DNA from: an uncultured virus (IMG/VR IMGVR_UViG_2687453308_000004)
Taxonomy: Duplodnaviria; Heunggongvirae; Uroviricota; Caudoviricetes
IMG/VR virus record: IMGVR_UViG_2687453308_000004
Reading direction: 5' to 3' (one strand)
Length of the DNA stretch: 26,732 nucleotides
Part shown: piece after piece, positions 1 through 8,489 of the stretch
Layout of the letters: each line of letters begins with the position of its first letter
How positions within the stretch are numbered: position 1 is the first letter of the stretch
Notes under the pieces: generated by a model
The model's input: only the letters and a program-made list of their open reading frames with translations
The model's database searches: none
Told to the model about the DNA's origin: nothing
Translations under genes and position numbers: made by a program

Positions 1-111
1 CTGTTTTCTGACTTCAGTTAATGTCCACCCATACTGCTCCATACAGAAACGTTGTATTTTCTTAATGTTCGATAAAATGTCTTTTATTGAGATTGTTCTT
101 CTGTCTTTCCC
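1..111 (-). CDS. -1 frameshift extension of tail assembly chaperone (gpGT-like), truncated by window edge
   Basis: Slippery heptamer G GGA AAG at 105-111; -1 frame reads DRRTISIKDILSNIKKIQRFCMEQYGWTLTEVRKQ with no stop up to position 1. Confidence 0.8.
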
Positions 112-434
112 ATCTCTTCTGGTTCAGTTTCTGAATCTTCTTCATCTTCACCATTGATTTCTCGAAATATATCTTGTAAGGCTTTTGTATAAGTTTTAGT
201 ACTCATCTTGTTCAGAACATCTTCTTCAGTCAATCCTTCATCTTTAAATAAATCTACTAATAACTGTCGCTCTTTTTGTCTCATTTTTGTTGCGTTAGGT
301 GCTTCTTTTTTATTCTCTTGGTTTACTAATTCTAAATACTCATAGCATTTTTCTGCTTCGCCCATTGTTACATCTTCTTTTGTATAGCTCTCTGTTTTTC
401 CTGTTTTACGATCTTTAATTTCAAATTTAATCAT
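84..434 (-). CDS. Tail assembly chaperone (gpG-like)
   Basis: 116 aa acidic ORF downstream of tail tube genes, AAAAGGAG RBS, GGGAAAG near its 3' end. Confidence 0.85.
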   Translation of the reverse strand: MIKFEIKDRKTGKTESYTKEDVTMGEAEKCYEYLELVNQENKKEAPNATKMRQKERQLLVDLFKDEGLTEEDVLNKMSTKTYTKALQDIFREINGEDEEDSETEPEEMGKTEEQSQ

Positions 435-458
435 TGTATTAGCTCCTTTTATTCAAAT

Positions 459-485
459 AAAAAAGACGCAGATATACTGCGCCTT
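459..485 (-). terminator. Intrinsic terminator after Ig-like gene
   Basis: Minus strand AAGGCGCAG-TATAT-CTGCGTCTT followed by a T run. Confidence 0.75.
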
Positions 486-491
486 AAATCC

Positions 492-947
492 CTATCCGTT
501 TGTTACTGTCACTGAAATTTGTCCTGACTTATCGCTTCCATCAGTAGACATAGCAGTGATTACTGAAGTACCTTCAGCTACACCGTGAATTGCTCCTGTA
601 TTTTCATCTACAGTAACAAATTCTGGATGTTCACTTGTATATTTCAATATTTTATTCGTTGCTGTGCTTGGTGCAATGTTTGGCTCAACATTGTCATCGG
701 TATTTACCATAATTGATTTAGTTTCTGGTGTAAATGATACGCCTGAGACTAGAATTGGATTGGTTTTGAATTGAGGTACATCAACTTTACTAGATTCTTT
801 ACCATTTTCTTCCCATGCCACTTGGTAAGTACCTTTTGGATAAGTTGTATCCGCTTCTAAATTAGATAAAGTTACTGACACTTTGCCTTCACCTTGTTCA
901 GAAGCTACGACGTCGTCTCCTTTATAAACCTTTAAAGTTTTAGTCAT
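492..947 (-). CDS. Ig-like virion protein: N-terminal partial FN3-like region plus C-terminal Big_2-like domain
   Basis: N-half LKVYKG..VTLSNLEADTTY..YQVAW..ESSKVDVP; C-half VSGVSF..IAPSTATNK.LKYTS..VTVDENTG.I.GVAEGT.VITA; own RBS AAAGGAG. Confidence 0.85.
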   Translation of the reverse strand: MTKTLKVYKGDDVVASEQGEGKVSVTLSNLEADTTYPKGTYQVAWEENGKESSKVDVPQFKTNPILVSGVSFTPETKSIMVNTDDNVEPNIAPSTATNKILKYTSEHPEFVTVDENTGAIHGVAEGTSVITAMSTDGSDKSGQISVTVTNG

Positions 948-977
948 AAATTATTCTCCTTTGATTTATTTTGAAAG

Positions 978-1056
978 CCCCTATTCTGCTGAAACTGTTG
1001 CAGATTTTGAATTAACTGCTACTTCAACATTTTGGGGATTAGCTGGGTAACGAACC
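978..1056 (-). repeat. Frameshift cassette copy 1 (major tail gene 3' end; +1 extension 1046-981, PANPQNVEVAVNSKSATVSAE)
   Basis: Ungapped homology with 3139-3217; shared TTACCCAGCTAAnCCCCAAAAnGTT...TCAGCnGAATAGGGG. Confidence 0.9.
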
Positions 1057-1680
1057 TGCAGAATCCTCTGAATGATCTTCACTGTCCGTGTATCCAACGA
1101 ATACTTTTTTGAAGAATTCTGCTTCTCCTTCTTTACCTTCATGATAACCGTATACAATACCTTGTGACGTTCCATCAACATCAACTTTTCTATTCATCCA
1201 GTCACCTGTTAATTTTGTAGGTTCTGGGGCTTCTGCTTTTTCACCTCGTGTTTTAAATTCAATTGAATCTAAACTAAAAGTACCTTTAAGTAAGGCTACA
1301 TATACCGGCTGACCTGTTAAACCATCTTCCGATTCGCCAATTACTGTTACATACGGTGCTCTTGTATTCTCTCCTACCCAAGATGTACCATTTTTATCTT
1401 TAGTACGTCCAATAACTGTGTTTAAATCATCACTTGGAATATTGAAAATACTCATGTCAGACTTAACTTCATTAGTACCTTGTTTTTTCATCCATACACG
1501 TTTGTTAGATGCAAACATATCTACTAAATCTGGTGCTAAACCTGTGATATTTAGGTCAACTGTACCACCTTTTTCATCTTCCCATGTCATGCGTTTAACT
1601 ACTTTTGTTGCTTCTGGGTTAAAAACTCCAACGTATAATCTTTTAAAACCTACTTTATAAGAACCTTGTCCTTCTGCCAT
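1039..1680 (-). CDS. Major tail (tube) protein, phi13-family-like
   Basis: 213 aa, VGFKRLYVG N-terminus, position after tail completion genes, AAGGAGG RBS. Confidence 0.92.
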   Translation of the reverse strand: MAEGQGSYKVGFKRLYVGVFNPEATKVVKRMTWEDEKGGTVDLNITGLAPDLVDMFASNKRVWMKKQGTNEVKSDMSIFNIPSDDLNTVIGRTKDKNGTSWVGENTRAPYVTVIGESEDGLTGQPVYVALLKGTFSLDSIEFKTRGEKAEAPEPTKLTGDWMNRKVDVDGTSQGIVYGYHEGKEGEAEFFKKVFVGYTDSEDHSEDSAGSLPS

Positions 1681-1714
1681 TGCTTATTTCCTCCTTAAAA
1701 ATTAAAAAGCACAC

Positions 1715-2110
1715 CTATTCGATGCGCTGATTTTTATAATATATATTTTTGGGTATGCCTTGATATCGTCTCGACATCACATAACGTTTAGTTTCTTCAA
1801 AATAAGCATCTAACTGACTAGATGCTTGAATTAAATTTTGTTGATATAACAGGTATCTTATTCGTTTTGTTATATCAATTGTTTTCTGATTATTTGAAGA
1901 TTCTACATCTATTTGAATTAAGTATTCTTCACTGAGATATTTATCAGACATAAAGTCTGAAGGCAAATCATAAACAGGTGTAATAACAACAAAGGGTTTG
2001 GAAGTTTCAGCGTTTTCAGTGACTTTGTAATAGTATATTCTAGAATTTATATGTGTTTTGAGCTCTGCATCAGATAATAAAATTCCTTTTATGGTGTTTA
2101 ATATATTCAT
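1715..2110 (-). CDS. Putative tail terminator/completion protein
   Basis: 131 aa, PFVVITP..IQIDVES pattern, position directly before tail tube gene. Confidence 0.75.
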   Translation of the reverse strand: MNILNTIKGILLSDAELKTHINSRIYYYKVTENAETSKPFVVITPVYDLPSDFMSDKYLSEEYLIQIDVESSNNQKTIDITKRIRYLLYQQNLIQASSQLDAYFEETKRYVMSRRYQGIPKNIYYKNQRIE

Positions 2111-2512
2111 TTATCTGGCCAACTCCTTTTTTATAATTTCTCTATACTTACGTTCGCTAGCAGCTAATGTTTTTGCAATAACTCCAAAACCTCTTGGTGT
2201 ATATTTTTTTCCATCTCTTGTATAACCATGTTCATTCAAGTGAATAATGTTTTTGCGATTCATAGGGCCTACCCATTCAATTAAAACAGCCCTTTCTTGA
2301 CTGCCAACTTTTGTATAAGGCTTAGATTTAGTCATTTCTTCTATACTGGCACCCGTATCTTTAAAGCTCTCGAACTCTTTCTTTAAAGCCTTTATAAAAA
2401 ATTCAGATGCTTCATTTAAAGCTTTATCACTCTTAGCCTGCATTGCTTGTTTACCGTATACCGATTCTAATTTATTCAACACTTCAGGTATCCCTTTAAT
2501 TTCTACACTCAT
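2111..2512 (-). CDS. HK97 gp10-like neck/tail completion protein
   Basis: MSVEIKGIPEV start, DTGAS and IIHLNEHGY motifs, synteny. Confidence 0.75.
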   Translation of the reverse strand: MSVEIKGIPEVLNKLESVYGKQAMQAKSDKALNEASEFFIKALKKEFESFKDTGASIEEMTKSKPYTKVGSQERAVLIEWVGPMNRKNIIHLNEHGYTRDGKKYTPRGFGVIAKTLAASERKYREIIKKELAR

Positions 2513-2841
2513 TTTTCTGATAAAACCACTGTATTATAGCCAATATCTGGTGTATCAATTCTTATTTCTACAATGTTGAATAATTTATCGGAATATAATG
2601 CACTGTCAATTTTAACTAAGTGATTTGTTTGTGGTAGATATTCAGTTTTAGAAGACCTGACAATTATGGTTAATCCTGATTTTGATTCAGTCGCTTTTAA
2701 AATTTCTCTATCTTTCATAGAAGGATTATAAATTTTACAAAAGCAACTATACAATTTCATTTTTTCCTCTTCATCTGGATATGGTCCTTTGTTTATATAT
2801 TGAAAAAAATACGCGCGATCTTTAAATTCATTAAATTCCAT
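2509..2841 (-). CDS. Head closure / head-tail adaptor protein
   Basis: 110 aa, follows head-tail connector, ATGA-type overlap with next gene. Confidence 0.75.
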   Translation of the reverse strand: MEFNEFKDRAYFFQYINKGPYPDEEEKMKLYSCFCKIYNPSMKDREILKATESKSGLTIIVRSSKTEYLPQTNHLVKIDSALYSDKLFNIVEIRIDTPDIGYNTVVLSEK

Positions 2842-2852
2842 TTAAAAATCAC

Positions 2853-3131
2853 CTACCACTTTTTTAATTTCAAAATCATTTTTTGCAATCCTTTTTCATT
2901 AAACACCTTGCTTCTAGATTGGTCATTTGAGTATCCACGACTTTCATAATCTCTTGCAATGATATATTTAATCGCTGTACAAAAAAGCGGGTATTCCAAG
3001 TCATCTTTGTCATAATCTGGAACCCCACTTAATAGTAATTCAGACTTAGCCGATTGAATGAGACCTTCAATTAAATCATTTTCGAAATTATAGTCAATTC
3101 TCAACCACAATTTAATTTCTTCTAAACTCAT
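2853..3131 (-). CDS. Head-tail connector protein (HK97 gp6-like)
   Basis: MSLEEIKLWLRIDYNFENDLIEGLIQSA...YESRG pattern right after capsid. Confidence 0.88.
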   Translation of the reverse strand: MSLEEIKLWLRIDYNFENDLIEGLIQSAKSELLLSGVPDYDKDDLEYPLFCTAIKYIIARDYESRGYSNDQSRSKVFNEKGLQKMILKLKKW

Positions 3132-3138
3132 TTCATCA

Positions 3139-3217
3139 CCCCTATTCGGCTGATATTACAGCTGATTTAGCCTTAGCTGTTACATTAACCTTTTGGGGCT
3201 TAGCTGGGTAATGGACC
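3139..3217 (-). repeat. Frameshift cassette copy 2 (capsid gene 3' end; +1 extension 3207-3142, PAKPQKVNVTAKAKSAVISAE)
   Basis: Ungapped homology with 978-1056; fills the capsid-connector gap. Confidence 0.9.
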
Positions 3218-4363
3218 TGTATTTTCTTTTGCTTTTGCAATTCTGAATGCACTGTCTAATGTACGTTGCTGATCATACCATGCTGTTAATACAAACAAAT
3301 ATTCGCCTTTTTTAACATCTTTATCAGTGTCATAAGTTGTTCCATCATAGTTAATTCCAAAATAATTGAAATCTCCCACAATAGGTTTAACTGCTGCATC
3401 TGTAAATACTACTGGTTTGCCAAATACTTTTTCTGCTGGTGTGTCAAAGAAATTTGTTGTTCCATTTGAAAGAACACTAATAATTTTGACATAATCTGCA
3501 TATCGCATATAAATTGTTGCGTTATCACGATAATCTTCATGTAAATCTGCTAAAGCGTTAATAATAGCATCATACATGTCTGCTCCCTCAACTTCTTTAA
3601 CAGATCCATTATAAAATGACATGTGTTCTAATCCAGATTTAGGACTTACTGCTAAGGCATCTTTACGCTCTTTAGCTGCTAATCCTGATTGTAGTGCGTT
3701 TTCAACCCAGTTTACTAAATCTACATCTGATCCATGAATTACAGTATCTGAAATTGCAGCAAATACTTTGAATTTATTAGTAGTGAACTTGACTGTATCA
3801 CCTTTTGCTTTTAATTCTTTTGCTGTTTCTACGTCTGTAATGAAATCATCATCGTCTAAAGTGTATGAAACTCTTGGAATCTCTAAACCTTTAATGTTAG
3901 TTAGACGAGCTTTTTCACGTAATTGGTTTTTAGCAAATGGTTCTGAAACAATTTCTTTAGAAAGTGTTTTTGGTAAGAGCTTATCTCCACCTGAATCATT
4001 TCCTGTTGGTAAAGCGTGTAATAAACGTTGTGCCTCCATTGAAGGTTTTTCAAATTCATTTGGTAAAATCGCGTGACGATAAAACTCTGCCTTAGCTTTA
4101 ACCATCTTCTCATTATCACTTAAAGATTGATAAGCTTCTCCTTTATCTTTAACTTTCGCTTTTTCTTTCTCTTCAATGTCTTGCACTTGTCTTTCAACAA
4201 TGTTAAATCTTTGTTGTAAACCTGCTTTTTCTGTTTCTAGTTGTTTGATGTCTTCCATATCAATATTTGGATCTGTTGCTTTCTGACTCAATTCATCATT
4301 TTTATTTTTTAATTGTTGTCCAATCATACCTAAGGATTGTTTTAATTCATATAATGTCGGCAT
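3200..4363 (-). CDS. Major capsid protein, HK97 fold with N-terminal coiled-coil scaffold domain
   Basis: Start reassigned to MPTLYELK at 4363 (AGGAGG 7 nt upstream), 387 aa; GGDKLLPKTLS, VFGKPVVFTD, IVGDF motifs. Confidence 0.95.
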   Translation of the reverse strand: MPTLYELKQSLGMIGQQLKNKNDELSQKATDPNIDMEDIKQLETEKAGLQQRFNIVERQVQDIEEKEKAKVKDKGEAYQSLSDNEKMVKAKAEFYRHAILPNEFEKPSMEAQRLLHALPTGNDSGGDKLLPKTLSKEIVSEPFAKNQLREKARLTNIKGLEIPRVSYTLDDDDFITDVETAKELKAKGDTVKFTTNKFKVFAAISDTVIHGSDVDLVNWVENALQSGLAAKERKDALAVSPKSGLEHMSFYNGSVKEVEGADMYDAIINALADLHEDYRDNATIYMRYADYVKIISVLSNGTTNFFDTPAEKVFGKPVVFTDAAVKPIVGDFNYFGINYDGTTYDTDKDVKKGEYLFVLTAWYDQQRTLDSAFRIAKAKENTGPLPS

Positions 4364-4374
4364 TTCATTTCCTC

Positions 4375-5148
4375 CTAATAATTCATTGTCATTTTTAAAA
4401 TTTCGCATTCGCGTTTAATTTTTTCTCTTTTTTCTTTTTCTTCTAGTGACATACTTTCTTTAGGTGTTTCAACCAATTCAGATGTATCTACATCATCAAT
4501 TTTAGTGATTTTGTCTACATCTTTCTTTAAATCTTCTGGGACGTTCTCGAAACGCTTATATTGCTCTTTAGAGATACTAGCAGCTATTTCATTAGCTCCT
4601 AAAATTTCATCTATCAAGCCGAAAGACAAGGCTTCTTCTGCAGTAAGCCAAGTTTCTGCATCTAACATCTGTTTTAAGTGTTCTTGATCTAAATCTTTTG
4701 CTTTATCTAAATAAGCTGAATTACTAACAGCATCTGTTTTTTCAAGTAAATCCGCTGTCTTTCTTAATTCTTCTGCATTACCTACAGTCATAACCCATGA
4801 ATTATGAATCATTAAAAAACTGTTTTTGTGCATAAAAATAGTGTCACCACTCATAGCGATAACACTAGCAATTGATGCCGCTAAGGCATCGACATAGATA
4901 TTAATTTTTGCAGGATGCATTTTTAGCATATTGTATATTGCATGCCCTTCAAATACACTGCCTCCAGATGAATTTATATGAACATCTATTTCACTGATGT
5001 CTCCTAGTTCATCTAGTTTATTTTTGAAATCTGTAGCAGTTACATCACTTTCAAACCATTTATCACTTACAATATCACCATAAATAAATATTTCACCTTT
5101 ACTTTTTGATTTTCTTTTCATTTGAAAATACTTAGCTTTCATTGACAT
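4375..5148 (-). CDS. Prohead maturation protease, ClpP-like
   Basis: HINSSGGSVFEG, LAASIAS, LMIHN, ETWLTAEEA motifs; likely start MSMKAKY after AGGTGGTGA. Confidence 0.93.
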   Translation of the reverse strand: MSMKAKYFQMKRKSKSKGEIFIYGDIVSDKWFESDVTATDFKNKLDELGDISEIDVHINSSGGSVFEGHAIYNMLKMHPAKINIYVDALAASIASVIAMSGDTIFMHKNSFLMIHNSWVMTVGNAEELRKTADLLEKTDAVSNSAYLDKAKDLDQEHLKQMLDAETWLTAEEALSFGLIDEILGANEIAASISKEQYKRFENVPEDLKKDVDKITKIDDVDTSELVETPKESMSLEEKEKREKIKRECEILKMTMNY

Positions 5149-6370
5149 TTTTATCACCACCTTTCAAAGATTTTCTTAATTCAAGTGGCGTGTCAATTGG
5201 GTATAAATCACCGCTTATTAGCGGCTTATCTCCACCTTCAACTGGTGGTAAATCTTCCCACTCTCTAATGTCATTTATAGTGTAGTAACCACTACGAACT
5301 GCTTTAAAGTACACTTCTGCTTGTGTTGCACTATCAGCCCTTAAATAAGATTTAACGTTAAATTTAAAATACCTATTTTTTTCTCTGTCTGTTTTAGTAA
5401 GTAGTTTCCGATTAAATTCTTCTTCATACTGTTTGACGATTGGCAATAAGGTATGCTGCAAGTAAAATCTGTTTAACTCTTCATTTTTCGCGAAATTTGT
5501 ATTTGATCTTGCATTTAAGAATACTGAGGGCAATTGAAAAACGTTAGCTACTCTTTCTCTTGTTAAATTCTCGCTTGCCACTATATCTTCAGAGACATAT
5601 TTTTTAGGTAACGGTTCGATTTCAACACCAGGCTCTTGGAATAATATTCCACCGTTTTCTTCATAGTACTGTTTGAAATCTTCTAACACTTGCTGCCTTT
5701 TTTCTTTACCTACATTGGAACCATATTTAAGCATGAAAGAATCAGGTTTTTGCATTTCTGTAAGATTAAAGGTTCTTACTGCATTATCAAAATCAGTTGT
5801 ATTCTTCAACACATCAATCGGACTAATGCCTTGCACCATATTAGATGCCACGATGTGTTTAAAATGCAACATGTCCATATTATGAACAATCAATTTATTT
5901 CCAGTTGCAGCATGAATGGAATAATAAAGTTCACGTGATTGGTTTTCAATTAACATTTCAACAACATCTGGATTTAATAAGAAAAGCTTTGATGGTTGAT
6001 GATAGATGTCTCGTTCAATTAGCACATATGCATTACCTTTTTCATTTCTGATTGTTTCAATTTGATTAATAAAATCAAAACTGCTCAGAGAATTATTCGG
6101 TGACACTGTAAGTAAATCAGATACTTCTGTATTAACTACTTTATAATCTTCATACATTTTCAAGGGCAAACTAGCCATCGAATTAGATAACTTTGTAATA
6201 GCTGAAAATATCGTTTCATTAGTTTCAAGCGTATTATTGATTACACCCCAAAAAGATTTATTTTTCCATGGGCTAAAGTCATAAAGCTTAGAAGCTGACT
6301 GATCAATCCAATTGTCTATCAATTTTTTCTTTATGCGTGTGACAATATTCTCTTTTGCGATAACATTCAC
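5132..6370 (-). CDS. Portal protein, HK97 family (start codon uncertain)
   Basis: GNAYVLIER, GISPI, TINDIREWEDLPPVEGGD motifs; lies between TerL and protease. Confidence 0.95.
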   Translation of the reverse strand: MNVIAKENIVTRIKKKLIDNWIDQSASKLYDFSPWKNKSFWGVINNTLETNETIFSAITKLSNSMASLPLKMYEDYKVVNTEVSDLLTVSPNNSLSSFDFINQIETIRNEKGNAYVLIERDIYHQPSKLFLLNPDVVEMLIENQSRELYYSIHAATGNKLIVHNMDMLHFKHIVASNMVQGISPIDVLKNTTDFDNAVRTFNLTEMQKPDSFMLKYGSNVGKEKRQQVLEDFKQYYEENGGILFQEPGVEIEPLPKKYVSEDIVASENLTRERVANVFQLPSVFLNARSNTNFAKNEELNRFYLQHTLLPIVKQYEEEFNRKLLTKTDREKNRYFKFNVKSYLRADSATQAEVYFKAVRSGYYTINDIREWEDLPPVEGGDKPLISGDLYPIDTPLELRKSLKGGDKNVNES

Positions 6371-6374
6371 CTCC

Positions 6375-8066
6375 TTAACGCATTATATCTTTAATACTAA
6401 TAAATTCTATGTTTCCTTCACCCTTGTCAGAAACAACTTTATTCATAATATCTGTATATGTGTTTAAAAATGCTGCAAAGCCATCTATTTTACGATATCT
6501 GCTTTGCTTAGACGGCAACCAGTTTCCGTTTCTGTCTAGTTTCAACTGAACATTATTGATATACCATTTCATTAAAGGATTATTATTAAATATTATTTTC
6601 CCATCTAAAAACATTTCTTTTAAATCCTTCAATGCAGGGCTCAAGGTCAAAGCTCCTTGTCTTGTTTCTTCCGTTTCAAACCCGTAATTTTTTAACTCTT
6701 GATTTAGTTTGAATGCGTTCGCTCTATCATAAGTAATTTTTTCTACTACATAATGCTCATTCATCTTAATTATCCAATTTAAAACATCTTGGTAGTCAAT
6801 ATAAGGCTTATCTTGCACTGTTAATAAGCCATCTTCTTCCCATTCTCTATAGGGTATTTTTTCGTTAGAATATTCAACTTTGTGCTTAGGAATCCATGAA
6901 TGCGATAAAACTGCAACTTTACCATTATCTAACGCAAAAGTAGCACACGCGGCTGTAAAGTCCTCTGTTTCTGATAAATCATAACCAATCGTGCATGGTC
7001 TGCCTTCCAGCTCTTCTAAAGAAACAATTTCATTATTTTTTTGGAGTGTTGGGTAATCAATAAAACTCATCTCGTCATTATTAGCAAAGATATTAAACCT
7101 TTTGGTTATAAAATCTCCACGTTCAGCTGGTGTTCTCTTAGCTTTTTCCCACTCTTCTTTCATCTCATCTAAATTTATAGAGACACCTAAGTTGGGATTT
7201 GCTTTTATCCAGTTCGACGAATCATTAATATCATCGTCATCATCCAAAGATGCTAAATAATAAAAAGTTCTTTCGTCTTCTATGATTTGATCTAAGGTGT
7301 CTCTTCCCGCTTCTACCATATCAACAAGTGGACCATCTAATTGATACCCTGCTGTCGTAATGTAGATGAGAAGAGGTTGTAACCTTGCAGCTCTTGAGTT
7401 TTTTATAACTGAAATCAATTTATAGTCTTTAAATTCATGAATTTCATCAAAAATCCCCATGTGTGTATTCAATCCATCTAACTTATCGCTATCTGATGCT
7501 TGGGGCATAATTTTTGATATCGTTGCGTCATAATGGATTTCATCTCTTAATGTTCTGAAATTTTTATCAAGCTTTGGGCTAGCTTTTATCATCGCCTTAG
7601 ATTCATCGAATAATATTCTAGCTTGTTTCATTACGTTTGCTAAAAGATGGATTTCAGCGCCGTTTTCTCCATCTTGAGAAACAGCATAGTTAGCAACACC
7701 AGATATAGTAGTTGTTTTACCATTTTTTCGCCCCATAAATATCAAAGCTTCTTTAAACCTGCGCAGTTTTGTTTCTTTATGAACCCAACCAAACAAACTG
7801 CCAATAATAAAATGTTGCCATGGTTGTAATACAAGTTGACGTTTAGATCCTTTGGAAGGTTTACAAAACTTTTCTATGAATCGAATAGGACGATGCGCTA
7901 ATTCTTCATCAAATACCCATTTACCTCCATTTTCTAGATATCTAAGATGTCTCTCACATTCTTTTCTAACATATTTGCTTGTTTTTATTTTCCCTTGAGT
8001 GACTTGCTCTGCATACCATGTTGTTAATAGTTTTGGTGAAGGTTCATTTAAAACTTTAATAGTCAC
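6375..8066 (-). CDS. terL: Terminase large subunit
   Basis: Walker A GRKNGKT, Walker B GIFDEIH, YITTAG, GYDLS and KIDG nuclease motifs; likely GTG start at 8066. Confidence 0.97.
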   Translation of the reverse strand: MTIKVLNEPSPKLLTTWYAEQVTQGKIKTSKYVRKECERHLRYLENGGKWVFDEELAHRPIRFIEKFCKPSKGSKRQLVLQPWQHFIIGSLFGWVHKETKLRRFKEALIFMGRKNGKTTTISGVANYAVSQDGENGAEIHLLANVMKQARILFDESKAMIKASPKLDKNFRTLRDEIHYDATISKIMPQASDSDKLDGLNTHMGIFDEIHEFKDYKLISVIKNSRAARLQPLLIYITTAGYQLDGPLVDMVEAGRDTLDQIIEDERTFYYLASLDDDDDINDSSNWIKANPNLGVSINLDEMKEEWEKAKRTPAERGDFITKRFNIFANNDEMSFIDYPTLQKNNEIVSLEELEGRPCTIGYDLSETEDFTAACATFALDNGKVAVLSHSWIPKHKVEYSNEKIPYREWEEDGLLTVQDKPYIDYQDVLNWIIKMNEHYVVEKITYDRANAFKLNQELKNYGFETEETRQGALTLSPALKDLKEMFLDGKIIFNNNPLMKWYINNVQLKLDRNGNWLPSKQSRYRKIDGFAAFLNTYTDIMNKVVSDKGEGNIEFISIKDIMR

Positions 8067-8361
8067 CGAATCCACCTTCTTCTTGAACTATCTTTTTTCT
8101 TTGTGCTGCAGTTAAACCCATAGACTTGAGTAAGTTATTTAGTGTTTGAACTGTTTTTGTCAGTTCTATGCTTAATGGATTCTTAATAATATTGCTCGCA
8201 CCAGCCTTGTTTGTATGCTCTATCATTAAATCACTATTTTTAAGTTCATCTCTTAACCGACAATAAAATTCATATGTTTCTATATACAAATTAATTAATA
8301 TGTCATCAGATTTTTTGTAATCTTCTATATATTCTTTTAGCTGTTTTTTTGTTAACTTCAT
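8056..8361 (-). CDS. terS: Terminase small subunit (P27-like)
   Basis: KNP...LKSMGLTAAQR motif directly upstream of terL; start MKLTKK after AAAGGGGG. Confidence 0.9.
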   Translation of the reverse strand: MKLTKKQLKEYIEDYKKSDDILINLYIETYEFYCRLRDELKNSDLMIEHTNKAGASNIIKNPLSIELTKTVQTLNNLLKSMGLTAAQRKKIVQEEGGFGDY

Positions 8362-8390
8362 ATAAAGACCCCCTTTCATGAAAAATTTAT

Positions 8391-8460
8391 CCGCGTTGCT
8401 AGCGTTTGGGCCTCTCCGGTACCCGGCGAAAAAACATTTTAAGCCGATGGGCAGGGGGGC
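8391..8460. other. Putative cos packaging site region
   Basis: Short GC-rich island (minus GCCCCCCTGCCC...CCGGGTACCGGAGAGGCCC) in AT-rich spacer between HNH and terS, the usual cos position. Confidence 0.7.
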
Positions 8461-8489
8461 ATAAAATTTTATTTAAATAATTTTTTTAT

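Noticed and set aside
948..983. Stop read-through fusing the tail extension to the Ig-like gene
   Set aside because: In frame, but three stops (TAG, TAA, TAA) intervene and the downstream gene has its own RBS; ribosomal bypass cannot be excluded but has no support
981..1184. 67-aa ORF overlapping the major tail gene as an independent gene
   Set aside because: No RBS and mostly out-of-frame overlap; only its last 21 codons are meaningful, as the +1 extension
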